A DNA stretch of 64,000 nucleotides from Candidatus Omnitrophota bacterium (GCA_018812705.1 JAHJCZ010000097.1:840-64839); one strand, 5' to 3'; positions 18,472 through 32,531 are shown, numbered from the stretch's first letter. The notes: a model not told the origin generated them from the sequence alone. Program-made: numbers and translations.

Positions 18472-19455
18472 TCAAAGCATTTCTTTGCACAGTTGTATCT
18501 CTAAAAGCAGCTCTTTTCTTGTAATATGAATTTTTTCTTTTGCAAAATCTGTAAGATCAAGGCCTTTAACTATTTCCCAGTCTGTACCATCAGATCGAAT
18601 GGGATAACTAAAGATTATACCCTTGTCTACATCATAGCTCCCATCAGAACAAACTGCGACAGAGAAGAACTCGCCTGCTTTTGTTGGCGTTGTTAACATT
18701 TTTACAGTATCCACTACCGCATTTGCTGCGGAAGCTGCCGACGACATCCCTCTCGCTTTAATTATCGCAGCCCCTCTTGTTTGCACTGTTTCAATAAACG
18801 CTCCTTTTAGCCAGGCTTTGTCAGCAATAACTTCTTCCACTTTTTTGTCTCCGATCTTAGCATTAAAAAAATCCGGATACTGCGTTGAAGAATGGTTCCC
18901 CCAGATAGCGATATTTTTTACACTGCTAACATCAACCCCCGCCTTTAAAGCAAGCTGAGCTGCTGCTCTATTTTGATCAAGCATTGTTAGAGCAAAGAAA
19001 TTTTTATCATCAAGCTTTGTTGCAGCAGCTTTTGCAATGTACGCATTTGTGTTGCATGGATTTCCAACGACCAAAACCTTGCAGGTTGATTTTGCGTTTT
19101 CAGACAAACTCTTTCCTTGGGCTGTAAAGATTGATCCGTTTATTTTTAATAATTCGCTTCGTTCCATTCCGGCTTTTCTTGGCATGCTTCCGATCAGCAA
19201 TGCCCAATCTGCGTCTCTAAAGACAACATCTGGGTCACTTGCTGCTTCCAGTGATCTTAAAAGAGGGAACGCGCAATCCTGTAGCTCCATCTTAACGCCC
19301 TCTAATCTATCTAAAGCAGCGTCGACCTCTAGCATTCTTAAATGTATCTCCATGTTTTCTCCGAACATCTCCCCAGACGCAATGCGAAACAGCAGCGAAT
19401 ATCCTATTGCCCCCGCAGCGCCCGTCACCGCAACATTAACCTGTTTTTTTACCAT
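18472..19455 (-). CDS. mdh: Malate dehydrogenase (type 2)
   Basis: VAVTGAAGAIGYSLL, VGNPCNTN, IWGNHSSTQYPD. Confidence 0.97.
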   Translation of the reverse strand: MVKKQVNVAVTGAAGAIGYSLLFRIASGEMFGENMEIHLRMLEVDAALDRLEGVKMELQDCAFPLLRSLEAASDPDVVFRDADWALLIGSMPRKAGMERSELLKINGSIFTAQGKSLSENAKSTCKVLVVGNPCNTNAYIAKAAATKLDDKNFFALTMLDQNRAAAQLALKAGVDVSSVKNIAIWGNHSSTQYPDFFNAKIGDKKVEEVIADKAWLKGAFIETVQTRGAAIIKARGMSSAASAANAVVDTVKMLTTPTKAGEFFSVAVCSDGSYDVDKGIIFSYPIRSDGTDWEIVKGLDLTDFAKEKIHITRKELLLEIQLCKEML

Positions 19456-19457
19456 AA

Positions 19458-20249
19458 CTACTTCCTTCCTAATATTGTTTTCACCTGAAGAACTTTTTCT
19501 TTGTTTATATCCGCATAAATAATCTCTTCCTTATTATTAGATGCCCTTGCTAAAATTTGCCCCCAAGGGTCAACTATCATGCTGTTCCCATAACACAAAA
19601 CGCCTTGGCTGTTCTCTCCAGTTTGATTGGGCGCCAAAACAAAACATTTATTTTCTATTGCCCTCGCCCTTAAAAGCATTTCCCAATGCGCTTTTCCCGT
19701 TGTCATTGTAAAAGCTGACGGAACGCACAATATCTCCGCTCCTTCTAAAGAATATTTTCTGTACAATTCCGGATATCTTAGATCAAAACAAATTGATAAA
19801 CCAACTTTTATTCCGTGAACATTTGCTAATGCTGTTTTAGTCCCTGCAGCAAAGTGCTTTGACTCTCTTATTCTTTTTCCGTCAACATTTGCATCAAATA
19901 GATTTATTTTTCTATATTTTGCCGAAACCTTCCCGTCAGATCCAATCAAAACAGATGTATTGTAAACTTTTTTAGAGCTTTGAATCTTTTCATATAGCGA
20001 TCCAGCTAAAATTGAAACCTTGTTTTTCTTTGCAATTAAAGAAAATGTCTTAATCGTGCTTCCTTTTATGGTCTCAGCAACAGCAGACAAAACACCTTTT
20101 GAGTCTAAACAGCCTCGGAAAACAAAAACTTCAGGAAGCAAAATAAACTTAGAGCCTTTAACAATAGCTTTTTCTACAAAAGCTAGCGCCCTTGCAACGT
20201 TTTGTTCTTTATTTGATCCTGCATTAAATTGAATTACTGCTATTTTCAT
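19458..20249 (-). CDS. Carbon-nitrogen hydrolase (Nit1/deaminated glutathione amidase-like)
   Basis: LPE, YRKINLFD, ICFDLRYPE triad; GKAHWEMLLRARAIEN. Confidence 0.92.
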   Translation of the reverse strand: MKIAVIQFNAGSNKEQNVARALAFVEKAIVKGSKFILLPEVFVFRGCLDSKGVLSAVAETIKGSTIKTFSLIAKKNKVSILAGSLYEKIQSSKKVYNTSVLIGSDGKVSAKYRKINLFDANVDGKRIRESKHFAAGTKTALANVHGIKVGLSICFDLRYPELYRKYSLEGAEILCVPSAFTMTTGKAHWEMLLRARAIENKCFVLAPNQTGENSQGVLCYGNSMIVDPWGQILARASNNKEEIIYADINKEKVLQVKTILGRK

Positions 20250-20281
20250 ATTACTCGTAATTAAAGGCTATTCACTCTTGG

Positions 20282-20935
20282 CTATGTCCTGTCCTTAAAA
20301 ATTCCCTTCAACTTTTCCCCATACTCTTTATGGCATTTCAAATAGAAATCCTGAGACTTTAAGGCCTGTCTCCATTTGACAATATTGTCCTGCTCTTCAA
20401 TGCTGATTCCGCCAATATCAACAGGGTCAAGAGTCGCAAGCAGCGAAATATCAGCTAAAGAGAAACTATTTCCAGCTAGATACGGATGCTCTTTAAGCTG
20501 TTTATCCACAACTGGTAAAAACCTGTGCAAAAAATTCAAGCCATCTTGAAGAGACCTTTCATCAGCTTCAACTTTTGCAAATTTTGCAAAAACCCTGTTG
20601 AACAATACCCTGCTCATCGCGCCCCCAATATGGATCGAAGTAAAGTCCATCCATTGCTCAATTAATGCCCGTTTCTTTAATTCCGACGGATAAATATCAG
20701 ACTTTTCTTTTTGTGCAAGATATTTAATGATCGCATCACTTTCAAAAAGAATAAAACCATCATCATCAATGACTGGTATTTTTCCTACTGGATTAAGGTC
20801 TAAAAACCACAGTTCTTTATGTTCCTTGTCGCGAAGTGCAACCAAAATATATTCATACTCCAGCCCTAATTTATTAGCAGCCATTCTAACCTTATTACTT
20901 GGTGCCGATAGGTCTGCTCCATATATCTTTAACAT
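20282..20935 (-). CDS. Glutathione S-transferase family protein
   Basis: LNPVGKIPVI..FESDAIIKYL; YLAGNSFSLADI. Confidence 0.95.
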   Translation of the reverse strand: MLKIYGADLSAPSNKVRMAANKLGLEYEYILVALRDKEHKELWFLDLNPVGKIPVIDDDGFILFESDAIIKYLAQKEKSDIYPSELKKRALIEQWMDFTSIHIGGAMSRVLFNRVFAKFAKVEADERSLQDGLNFLHRFLPVVDKQLKEHPYLAGNSFSLADISLLATLDPVDIGGISIEEQDNIVKWRQALKSQDFYLKCHKEYGEKLKGIFKDRT

Positions 20936-20936
20936 T

Positions 20937-21890
20937 CTATTCTCTCTTTCCTTCCTTTACAAACTTCACCACAGCTTCTACGCTTTGCCTTGCTTTTTCT
21001 TCAACAGCTTCGACGGTGTTAAAAGCATTATGCGGCGTAAATATTACATTTTCTCTGTTTTTTAATTCACAAAACATCTTAACATCGTCAGACGCTTCTT
21101 TAACATGTCCCCTAAGATAATCTGCAAGCTCTTTTTCACAGCAGTATACATCTAATCCCACTCCGCCAAGTGTACCTCTATCCAGCATCGTTTTCACATC
21201 TTTAACTGGCGTTATCTCCCCTCTTGAAATATTAACTAAAACGATTCCTTGTTTTGCATTTTCAAAAGCAGCAATAGTGAACATTTTGTTAGTATCTTCT
21301 GTCAGCGGCAAAGCACTAAAGACCACATTCGCCTCTTTTAATCCCTCTTTTAGAGTGACATACTCCACTCTTTTGTCTTTTGGCTCAATATCCACACCTT
21401 TTACCTCCATTTTGAGCCCTAGCAAACAATCTACTATCTCGCTCCCAATTTTTCCAACACCTACAACAAGAGCCTTCTTTCCATTGCACTCCATGCCCGT
21501 CAATCCATCACGATGAAATCCATCAAAATTTTTTATCTGCGCCTTTAATTTCCTCAACAAACACATCATTATTAAAACTGCATGTTCCGCAACAGCCCTA
21601 GAACAATAATTATCAAGATGCTTAAAATTCACAGCCACTCCAGAATCCTTCCTATACTGCAATATATGATCATATCCCTCACTTCTCGACAAAATACCCT
21701 TGAGGTCTTTTGCCCAATCAAGAGGTATCGTTGATTGTGTTCTAATGCTGATTAACTTAGCCGGCATTGCCGTATCACCACTCTCCTGAATCGTTTTCCA
21801 AGTAAAGCCTGCACTAATTTCGTCGGGCAAATATTTTTTTATTGCTCTTTCCTCTTCTTCAAAAACTTCGTAAAAATATATATCCAACAT
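20937..21890 (-). CDS. D-isomer-specific 2-hydroxyacid dehydrogenase
   Basis: VGVGKIG, VNISRG, GLDVY, FTPHNAF. Confidence 0.93.
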   Translation of the reverse strand: MLDIYFYEVFEEEERAIKKYLPDEISAGFTWKTIQESGDTAMPAKLISIRTQSTIPLDWAKDLKGILSRSEGYDHILQYRKDSGVAVNFKHLDNYCSRAVAEHAVLIMMCLLRKLKAQIKNFDGFHRDGLTGMECNGKKALVVGVGKIGSEIVDCLLGLKMEVKGVDIEPKDKRVEYVTLKEGLKEANVVFSALPLTEDTNKMFTIAAFENAKQGIVLVNISRGEITPVKDVKTMLDRGTLGGVGLDVYCCEKELADYLRGHVKEASDDVKMFCELKNRENVIFTPHNAFNTVEAVEEKARQSVEAVVKFVKEGKRE

Positions 21891-21925
21891 TATTCCTTCC
21901 TATCTTTTGTGCCTTCTTGTGAAAA

Positions 21926-23551
21926 TTAAGGTGCTGTTCTAGCACCTCTAAATCCACGAATAGCGCTCCCATCAGGCTGAATAACAGCAGCAATACTTCG
22001 ATCTGATACTGTATGAAATGTTTCAGCAAGCGACCACGCTCCGCCACGTAACCCGCTACCTCGTGCTCCATCAACAATTGTTGTTCCAGTATTGTATCCC
22101 GGCCAGGTTGCCACATCGGAATAACCTCCTGCGGATAAAATTCCATTGCCATGTGCCCCATCAAAAGCCCTTCCTCCAATCTCAGCTCCAGAAGTATCAT
22201 TACCAACCGTAACAAGCCTCTCCATAAGATTCCCGGAAAGCTCCATTGCCCCATAATAGCTCCCACCAGATTGTAGCCTATTCGTTAAGCCTGTAGCTGC
22301 AAACCCTGCTCGCAAAGGTCCCCCTGTATCGGTTCCCACTCCATCATAATTGCAGAGGCCATTACCGGTGGTGTTTGCTACTTCTGTTTCCTCTCCTGAA
22401 CTTTGAACTGCTCCCTCAGCTTGTGTCAAATCCGTGCTTCCCCAAGCATATTCATCATCAACTACTAATTGAGGCCCTCTAGCAACTTTTTCGAATTCAA
22501 GCTCAGTATACGGCCTCAATGCAGCCCAATCTGCATAGGCTGCACCATCCATCCAAGAGAGCCAATTACAGGCAATCCATTTTCCATCAGTTGATTCATT
22601 GTAAACACCATCCTCATCAAGATTGTGGGCATAAACACCTGCTTTTGAACCCGCTGGAGCAATATCGCAAACAATCCCATTGCGAGTTTGTGGAGTTCCT
22701 GCACCTGGTGCAGTAGCATCCATAAATGTCCCTGCAGTTACTGCCGAAACACGGTTCGCTTGCTGCGTTCCATTCAGCGTATTTAAAAAATCTACATATT
22801 GACCCTGCGCTAACTCGTATTTCATAACATAAAAGGCATTATATCCTTTTGGATATGCAGCTGGAATAGGGCCCGTTCGATCTCCAGTACTTCCCGTTTC
22901 AGCATCATAATATAAGTTACCCGAGGAAGTCCCTACAGTAATTGCCCCCTCGGATGTAATCGTATACTGAGGTAAGCCTACTTCATCTTCTACAAAAGAA
23001 CCATCAGCAGTAAAAAAACATCCCTCCTGATCATTATCCGCATCACCAATATAAAAAGGACCTTGTGGAACATAAACCATCTCAATACCAAAAACCTTTA
23101 TTCTTACGTTTTCAAAATCTTCCACTCCATCGGTGCCATACTCCCAGCGGATCTGCGCATTGTCCCAATTGTTTGAACCGTTGCCAGGGGCATCACGATA
23201 AATAAAAACACCTTTTCCTGTTGTTGTTAATCCGGTATCTATTGTTGAACCAGCAGGCGCCACATGATCTGTGTCGCTTGAGCTAAGAGTACAGTGGGCC
23301 CATTCTGACCAAGAGCCTCCAGAATACTTTGAGAACTTAGCGAATACCCAGGCAGCATCGTAATTGTCTGGGGCAGCTGAACCATTATACCAAGAGTTAT
23401 CCCAGCTGATGTCGAATTCGATATCATATGTGTTGCCACTGGAATCCTTGTCAGTTAAAGAAATGTTCTCTATTTCAAGATTGTTTGCAAAAGCAGTGCT
23501 TGTTGATAATAGAAGCACCCAAATAATATAGAAGATAATGATTTTAGTCAT
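21926..23551 (-). CDS. Secreted FGE-sulfatase (SUMF1/C-type lectin-fold) domain protein
   Basis: Signal peptide; MVYVPQG, MKYE..QGQY..FLN, RPYTELEFEKVARG, GAMELSGNLME, GFRGAR. Confidence 0.88.
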   Translation of the reverse strand: MTKIIIFYIIWVLLLSTSTAFANNLEIENISLTDKDSSGNTYDIEFDISWDNSWYNGSAAPDNYDAAWVFAKFSKYSGGSWSEWAHCTLSSSDTDHVAPAGSTIDTGLTTTGKGVFIYRDAPGNGSNNWDNAQIRWEYGTDGVEDFENVRIKVFGIEMVYVPQGPFYIGDADNDQEGCFFTADGSFVEDEVGLPQYTITSEGAITVGTSSGNLYYDAETGSTGDRTGPIPAAYPKGYNAFYVMKYELAQGQYVDFLNTLNGTQQANRVSAVTAGTFMDATAPGAGTPQTRNGIVCDIAPAGSKAGVYAHNLDEDGVYNESTDGKWIACNWLSWMDGAAYADWAALRPYTELEFEKVARGPQLVVDDEYAWGSTDLTQAEGAVQSSGEETEVANTTGNGLCNYDGVGTDTGGPLRAGFAATGLTNRLQSGGSYYGAMELSGNLMERLVTVGNDTSGAEIGGRAFDGAHGNGILSAGGYSDVATWPGYNTGTTIVDGARGSGLRGGAWSLAETFHTVSDRSIAAVIQPDGSAIRGFRGARTAP

Positions 23552-23735
23552 TTTTTATTAAGAAATGCTTAATATGAAGATTCTTATTAATACTTTACAA
23601 CAATATCTTGTTTTTTGTAATGAAATATTCAGAAAACATTGGCGCCAAAAAATATTATTTTTTTATAATAATTTTCGATCATAGGATAGAGCCCCTGAAC
23701 ACTTAGCAGACCGCGCGTCCTTCCGGGAGATAATT

Positions 23736-23780
23736 AAAATAAAAACGGCCGCTCTATTGAGCGACCGTTTTTTTTATTTT
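23736..23780. terminator. Bidirectional terminator downstream of tRNA-Glu
   Basis: AAAAACGGCCGCTC-TATT-GAGCGACCGTTTTT with A/T tracts on both sides. Confidence 0.8.
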
Positions 23781-23782
23781 AA

Positions 23783-23856
23783 CGACCCCAGCGGGATTTG
23801 AACCCGCGTCGCAAGCTTGAAAAGCTTGTGTCCTAACCAGGCTGGACGATGGGGTC
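23783..23856 (-). tRNA. tRNA-Glu(TTC)
   Basis: Cloverleaf GACCCCA...CAAGC-TTTTCAA-GCTTG...GGTTCAAATCC...TGGGGTC-G; CCA not encoded. Confidence 0.96.
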
Positions 23857-23880
23857 TTACATTTCTCAGTCAGGTCATTA

Positions 23881-23908
23881 ATTATATTCAAAAACTTCAA
23901 TACGTCAA
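23881..23908 (-). promoter_or_regulatory. Sigma70 promoter of tRNA-Glu
   Basis: TTGACG-N16-TATAAT. Confidence 0.7.
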
Positions 23909-23956
23909 GCAAAAAATATCAATCTGAACAATTTCGTTTCTAGTGAAACGTCTCAA

Positions 23957-26410
23957 TTATTCCGGCTCTTTTGCTACAACATTTGCAACTGAGCTAACCT
24001 TATCTTCACTTTTCAAGACAATAAGCCTAACTCCCTGCGAGCTTCTGCCGCATTTACGAATATCCTTTGTTGAGCATCGAACGATCATTCCGGTCTTTGT
24101 AACTGTCATTATTTCATCTTCCGTCATAACCGCTAAGACGCCAACGACATTGCCGTTCTTAGGAGTTACCTTCATATTAATAATGCCTTTACCTCCTCGA
24201 GACTGAACTCTATAATCGTTAAAGTCTGATCTCTTTGCAAAGCCCCCGGACGAAACTGTTAATAAGGTGCTTCCTGTTTTTCCAATATCTGCAGAAAAGA
24301 CCTGTAGGCTTACTACCTCGTCATCCTTACCCAGATTGATCCCTCTGACACCTCTTGCAGATCGACCCATATCTCTAATATGTTTTTCGTTAAATCTAAG
24401 AGCCTTCCCTTCTCTGGTCGCTAACAGAATTTCATGTCTGCCATTACTTAAAGAAATCCCTATCAGCTTATCCCCTTTATCTAAACTGATAGCAACAATT
24501 CCACTTTTTCTAGGATTACTGAAAGCTGACAATTTTGTCTTTTTGATGTTTCCCTTTGCCGTAGACATAACTAGGAATTGATCATCACAAAAGTCTTTAA
24601 CGGCAACTATCGAGCTGATGTCTTCATCCTGGCTCATAGAAAGAAGATTAACAATGTTCTTGCCCTTCGCATTGCGCGACGCTACTGGTATCTCATAAAC
24701 CTTAAGCCATCTAACAACCCCTTTGTTAGAAAAGATCAAAAGATAATCTTTTGATGATGCAATAAAAAGATTCTTAACAAAGTCTTCTTCTCTTGTTGTC
24801 ATCGCAGAGACACCTTTGCCGCCTCTTTTCTGATTGCGGTATGAAGAAACAGCCAATCTCTTTATATATCCGGAATTGCTTATAGTGATCGCCATTTCTT
24901 CTTCAGCGATAAGGTCTTCTATCTCGATTTCCTCGGCATCTCCCGCAATCTCTGTTCTTCTCGCGTCTCCAAATTTTTTCTTTATTTCGGCAAGCTCTGC
25001 TTTAATAATATCATCTATCATCTTTTCAGATGACAGAATCGCCCTATAGCTTTCTATGTCTTTAAGAAGCGCTTTGTATTCTTCGTCTATCTTGTTTCTT
25101 TCAAGCGCGGTCAATCTTTGCAGCTGCATCTCTAATATTGCCTGAGCCTGGATCTCTGAAAGAGCAAAACCTTTCATCAAGGCAACCTTAGCAACTGCTG
25201 TACTTTTAGACTCTCTGATCGTTTTAATGATCTGATTAATATTATCTAAAGCGATCTTTAGCCCTTCTAGAATATGTGCTCTTCTTAAGGCCTTATCTAG
25301 ATCAAACTCTGTTCTTCTTCTAACAACTATCCTTCTATGGTTAAGAAAATGGCTTAAAAGTTGTTTTAAATTTAACACCTTTGGACTATTGTTCACCAGC
25401 GCAAGGTTTATTATGCCGAAAGTTGTTTCCATTTGTGTATGTTTAAACAAATAGTTCAAAATAATTTGCGGTTCAACATCTCGACGAAGTTCTATAACTA
25501 TACGAATACCATCTTTATCAGATTCATCCCTTAGGTCAGTAATGCCGTCTATTTTTTTCGCCGACACTAAATCAGCAATGGCTTCTATCAATCTTGCTTT
25601 ATTAACCTGATAAGGTATCTCCGAAACAATGATCCTGTCTTTATTTCCTTTTTGCCTTTCAATATTAGCTCTGGCACGAACTGTTAATTTTCCACGTCCC
25701 GTGCTATAGGCATCTATTATTCCCTGACGTCCACAAATAATACCTCCCGTAGGGAAATCAGGTCCTGTAACGATCTTGTTGAGTTGCTTTATTGTTGCAT
25801 CAGGGTTCTCAATAAGAAAAACTGAAGCATCCACCGCTTCAGATAAATTGTGGGGCGGCATATTTGTTGCCATGCCTACTGCTATACCACTTGACCCATT
25901 GATCAAAAGATTTGGCATAGAAGACGGCATAACAACCGGTTCTTTTAAAGTCGCATCAAAGTTAGGAGAATAATTCACAGTTTCTTTATCAATATCCTTT
26001 AGCATTTCTCCGGCAATAGACGCCATTCTGGCCTCTGTATAGCGCATAGCGGCGGCAGAATCGCCATCGATAGAACCAAAGTTTCCCTGACCATCTACCA
26101 GCGGATATCTCAGAGAAAAATCCTGTACCATTCTTACCAAAGTCTCATAAACTGCCGAGTCTCCATGAGGGTGATATTTACCCAGGACCTCACCGACGAT
26201 ACGAGCACATTTTTTATAGGGCTTGCTGTGTTCTAGGCTAAGCTCTTTCATAGCATAAAGAACTCTCCTATGAACTGGCTTTAAGCCGTCCCGCACATCC
26301 GGTAGCGCACGTCCAACAATAACGCTCATCGAATAGGCAAGATATGATTGTTTCATCTCCTCTTCAATGTATACCGGAACTATCTTTTCTCTATTTGATA
26401 AATCTCTCAT
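23957..26410 (-). CDS. gyrA: DNA gyrase subunit A
   Basis: [15 protein letters not shown], GyrA box QKRGGKG. Confidence 0.99.
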   Translation of the reverse strand: MRDLSNREKIVPVYIEEEMKQSYLAYSMSVIVGRALPDVRDGLKPVHRRVLYAMKELSLEHSKPYKKCARIVGEVLGKYHPHGDSAVYETLVRMVQDFSLRYPLVDGQGNFGSIDGDSAAAMRYTEARMASIAGEMLKDIDKETVNYSPNFDATLKEPVVMPSSMPNLLINGSSGIAVGMATNMPPHNLSEAVDASVFLIENPDATIKQLNKIVTGPDFPTGGIICGRQGIIDAYSTGRGKLTVRARANIERQKGNKDRIIVSEIPYQVNKARLIEAIADLVSAKKIDGITDLRDESDKDGIRIVIELRRDVEPQIILNYLFKHTQMETTFGIINLALVNNSPKVLNLKQLLSHFLNHRRIVVRRRTEFDLDKALRRAHILEGLKIALDNINQIIKTIRESKSTAVAKVALMKGFALSEIQAQAILEMQLQRLTALERNKIDEEYKALLKDIESYRAILSSEKMIDDIIKAELAEIKKKFGDARRTEIAGDAEEIEIEDLIAEEEMAITISNSGYIKRLAVSSYRNQKRGGKGVSAMTTREEDFVKNLFIASSKDYLLIFSNKGVVRWLKVYEIPVASRNAKGKNIVNLLSMSQDEDISSIVAVKDFCDDQFLVMSTAKGNIKKTKLSAFSNPRKSGIVAISLDKGDKLIGISLSNGRHEILLATREGKALRFNEKHIRDMGRSARGVRGINLGKDDEVVSLQVFSADIGKTGSTLLTVSSGGFAKRSDFNDYRVQSRGGKGIINMKVTPKNGNVVGVLAVMTEDEIMTVTKTGMIVRCSTKDIRKCGRSSQGVRLIVLKSEDKVSSVANVVAKEPE

Positions 26411-26458
26411 TTAAAAAACACCTTTCTATCTCTATTCTTTAGCGCTTAACACTATTAT

Positions 26459-29244
<2,786 letters not shown>

Positions 29245-29343
29245 AAAAGTTAAATGCAATCTATTAATTTATTATTTTTTTCTCTGCAGGCTTATAATAA
29301 TCAAGCGTGCCCTATTTTCCTGCCCCAAAAAAACTTCCAACAA

Positions 29344-30441
29344 CTATATTCTCATTGGTAAAGCTAAATATAAATAATCATCTAACCTGATAACGGCAGG
29401 TTTATCCGGACCTAAAAACTCAATACCAATGGTTTCATTATTAACATTTTTTAAAAAATCAATTAAAAAAACAGGGTTAAAGCCAACTATGAATTCTGCT
29501 CCACTATAATCAATAGGAATTTCTTCTCTTGATTCTCCTACATCCGGAGTGTGCTTTGAAACAACCATTTTATCACGAAAAATCTCAAATTTAACAGCTT
29601 GAAAATCAGGTGTGGCTAACAAATTTGCCCTTTTTATAGTATAAAGAAGGTCTTTAGTGTTAACGGTTACTTTAGTTTTTATTGGTTTTGGAATAACTTG
29701 ATTATAATTAGGAAATTCACCCTCAATAACCCTAGTTGCAATCAAAACGCCTTCAATATCAAACAAAACCTGGTTTGTGCCGATAATAAATGATACTTCT
29801 CCTTCATCCTTTAGATTCCTATTAACTTCCTGAACAGCTTTTATTGGAAGAATAACACTTATCTCTTTTTTAATAGAAGAAATTAATTTCTTCTCTATTT
29901 TAGCCAATCTTCTACCATCAGTTGCAACTATCCTTATAATATTATCTGACAACTCCATTAAAACACCATTTAAAACATATCTTGACTCTTCATGTGAAGC
30001 AGCAAAAGATGTTAGTTTGAACATCTCTTTTAAATCAGCTTGCTGTATTCTAATCATCTCATTGTCTTTGAATTCTGGAAATTTAGGAAATTCTTCTTTA
30101 GGAAGGCCATTTAACTTAAATCTACAATTTTTTCCTTCAATATCAATTTGATTGTTTTTCTTTGCATGAATATTAATATCACCTGCAGGCAATTCTTTAA
30201 CTATATCGCTAAATCTTTTTGCTGGAATAGTTATTGCACCTTCTTCAACCGTTTCCACAGGTATTTCACAGGAAATACCAATATCTAAATCTGTTGCATT
30301 TAACTTAAGAACATTGTTGCTAATTTCTAATAGTATATTAGACAGGATAGGTAATGTGGCTTTGCTAGAGACAACATTCTGTACTGTTTGAATACCAGCC
30401 AAGAGATCATCTTTCTTCATTTTAAGTTTCATGTTATTCAT
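29344..30441 (-). CDS. dnaN: DNA polymerase III beta clamp
   Basis: ATDLD, VATDGRRLA, GEFPNY, LALPMR. Confidence 0.98.
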   Translation of the reverse strand: MNNMKLKMKKDDLLAGIQTVQNVVSSKATLPILSNILLEISNNVLKLNATDLDIGISCEIPVETVEEGAITIPAKRFSDIVKELPAGDINIHAKKNNQIDIEGKNCRFKLNGLPKEEFPKFPEFKDNEMIRIQQADLKEMFKLTSFAASHEESRYVLNGVLMELSDNIIRIVATDGRRLAKIEKKLISSIKKEISVILPIKAVQEVNRNLKDEGEVSFIIGTNQVLFDIEGVLIATRVIEGEFPNYNQVIPKPIKTKVTVNTKDLLYTIKRANLLATPDFQAVKFEIFRDKMVVSKHTPDVGESREEIPIDYSGAEFIVGFNPVFLIDFLKNVNNETIGIEFLGPDKPAVIRLDDYLYLALPMRI

Positions 30442-30583
30442 TTCCTTCCAATAACTAAGTTAAAAATCTATATAGTAACCGTATACGTAGGGCCTGTTAA
30501 TAATTTGAACAAGGCTCAAAGTTCTTTTATTTCAAGCATTTAAGAGAAAAATAGTTGTTCAAAACTTGAAGACAAACTATTAA

Positions 30584-31918
30584 TCATTGTTGTAAATCAA
30601 AGAATAACCCATTAATAGAATCTTTCAGGTTAGAATTTGATTCTAAATCTTTTGCGATCTTTTTACAAGAGTGCAAAACAGTTGTATGATCCTTCCCTCC
30701 AAACGCTCCACCTATTTCAGGTAAAGACAGGTTGGTTAATTGTCTAGCTAAATACATTGCAATTTGTCTTGGCAAAACTATATTTTTAGTTCTTTTGTTT
30801 GATTTCAGTTCATTCAAAGATACATTAAAGCGCTCAGACACTATTTTTTGCACCATTTCGACACTTATGATCTTAGCTGTTTCTTTTATCATATCCTTTA
30901 AAATATTTCTTGCCATATCCAAATTAATTAATTTTTCTTCTAATAAAGAGTAGGCTGTCACTCTTATCAAGGCCCCCTCAAGCTCCCGAATATTGGTTTT
31001 GATTTTATCCGCAATATAGTGAATGACTTCATCTGGCACGGAAAGAGGTTCATTTTCAACTTTTTTCCTTAAAATAGCCACTCTTGTTTCATAGTCTGGA
31101 GGTTGAATATCTGCAATTAAACCCCAAGCAAACCTTGAGCTCAGCCGTTCTTCCAGCCTTGCTATTTCTTTTGGCGGCCTGTCAGAAGTAATGATCAGTT
31201 GTTTTCTATTATTATGTAAATTATTAAAAGTGTGGAAAAATTCTTCTTGAGTAGAATCTTTTCCGGCGATAAATTGAATATCATCAATGAGCAAGACATC
31301 GATCTCCCGATATTTTTTTCTAAACTCCGGAGTTGACCTATGTCGTATGGCATCTATCAATTCATTGGTAAATTGTTCCGACGATCTGTAACAAATCTTT
31401 AGCTTCGAATTAATTTCCAATATTTTTTGAGAAATGGCTTGTATCAAATGAGTCTTCCCTAGCCCGACCTGCCCATAAATGAATAATGGATTATATGCTT
31501 TGGCTGGAGATTCAGCGACGGCAAAACTAGCAGCGCAAGCAAATCTGTTGGATGGCCCAATAACAAAATTATCAAAAGTAAACCTGGAATTTAGATTGGA
31601 AGTGTCGTTTGTAAAACTGTTATATTCTTTTTGAAATATCGAAGGTTGTTCTCGAGGAGCATCTTCTAAAACAGCGGGATTTACCTTAAACTCTAGATTA
31701 ACAGCAAAAGAAGCTGCGGCTGAAAGTATTTCCTCGAGCATCGCTTGGTAGTGCTCGATGATCCAATTTTTAAAAAAATCATCAGGAGCTTCTAAAGAAA
31801 GCGTCTGCGGAGATATTTCTTTTATTTGGATAGAAGTAAACCAGGTTTCATATGAAGCTGACCCAATTTTTTCCTTAATAGTTTTTTGTGAGTTTTCCCA
31901 AACGGTTTTTAGTGTCAT
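30584..31918 (-). CDS. dnaA: Chromosomal replication initiator DnaA
   Basis: YNPLFIYGQVGLGKTHL, DDIQF, RQIAMYL, GGKDHTTV. Confidence 0.99.
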   Translation of the reverse strand: MTLKTVWENSQKTIKEKIGSASYETWFTSIQIKEISPQTLSLEAPDDFFKNWIIEHYQAMLEEILSAAASFAVNLEFKVNPAVLEDAPREQPSIFQKEYNSFTNDTSNLNSRFTFDNFVIGPSNRFACAASFAVAESPAKAYNPLFIYGQVGLGKTHLIQAISQKILEINSKLKICYRSSEQFTNELIDAIRHRSTPEFRKKYREIDVLLIDDIQFIAGKDSTQEEFFHTFNNLHNNRKQLIITSDRPPKEIARLEERLSSRFAWGLIADIQPPDYETRVAILRKKVENEPLSVPDEVIHYIADKIKTNIRELEGALIRVTAYSLLEEKLINLDMARNILKDMIKETAKIISVEMVQKIVSERFNVSLNELKSNKRTKNIVLPRQIAMYLARQLTNLSLPEIGGAFGGKDHTTVLHSCKKIAKDLESNSNLKDSINGLFFDLQQ

Positions 31919-32520
31919 TTAATTATATTTTAAATCCTTCAAAGTATTTGCATTGAAAAAAGATGGAAACATCTAATTATAAAGCATTGAAAATAAACAG
32001 TTTACACAATTAATAACAGTGTTAACAAGTTTTCCACAGGTGTGGATTATTCTATTCTTCTACCTCCAGATCTTTATATACAAAACTTTTAGTAAAGAAA
32101 CTTGTTAAATACTTCAAAGATTCGTGTTATTTTTCGGGGTTTTGTTCCCAAAGGCGATCAACTTTAAGCCAAGATTATAAAAAGAAAAAGGTCTTATTAT
32201 AAAAATGCTTTTCAAGCATGCAATAGTATCTGGCACCAAAAACGCCAATGATTGAAATGAACAATTTAGAAAGTTGCAATAAAGTGCCATATTATAACAG
32301 AGAAAATTTTTATTTCAAATCAAATATTTTTCTAACACTAAAATGCTAGGGAATAATAGACTTATGAAGCACAGATCAAAGGAAATATGTTCGATTTCCA
32401 TAATTAATTTGTATGAGAAAATGATATTAGTCTACTCTCATATCCTTTGTCGTCGAGAAAAAAAGATACCTTTGATTTTCAGTAACTGTTGAAAATTCAA
32501 GAGTTTTGTTTCTAAAGCAT
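31919..32520. other. Probable oriC region (dnaA-rpmH intergenic)
   Basis: DnaA boxes TTTTCCACA (32030-32038) and TGTGGATTA (32041-32049) plus degenerate boxes; AT-rich; gene strand switch here; parS nearby. Further degenerate boxes in dnaA-dnaN spacer 30442-30583. Confidence 0.7.
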
Positions 32521-32531
32521 ATGGAAATCGC

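Noticed and set aside
21926-23780. Diversity-generating retroelement
   Set aside because: FGE-domain protein present, but no reverse transcriptase, Avd or TR/VR repeat pair in the window.
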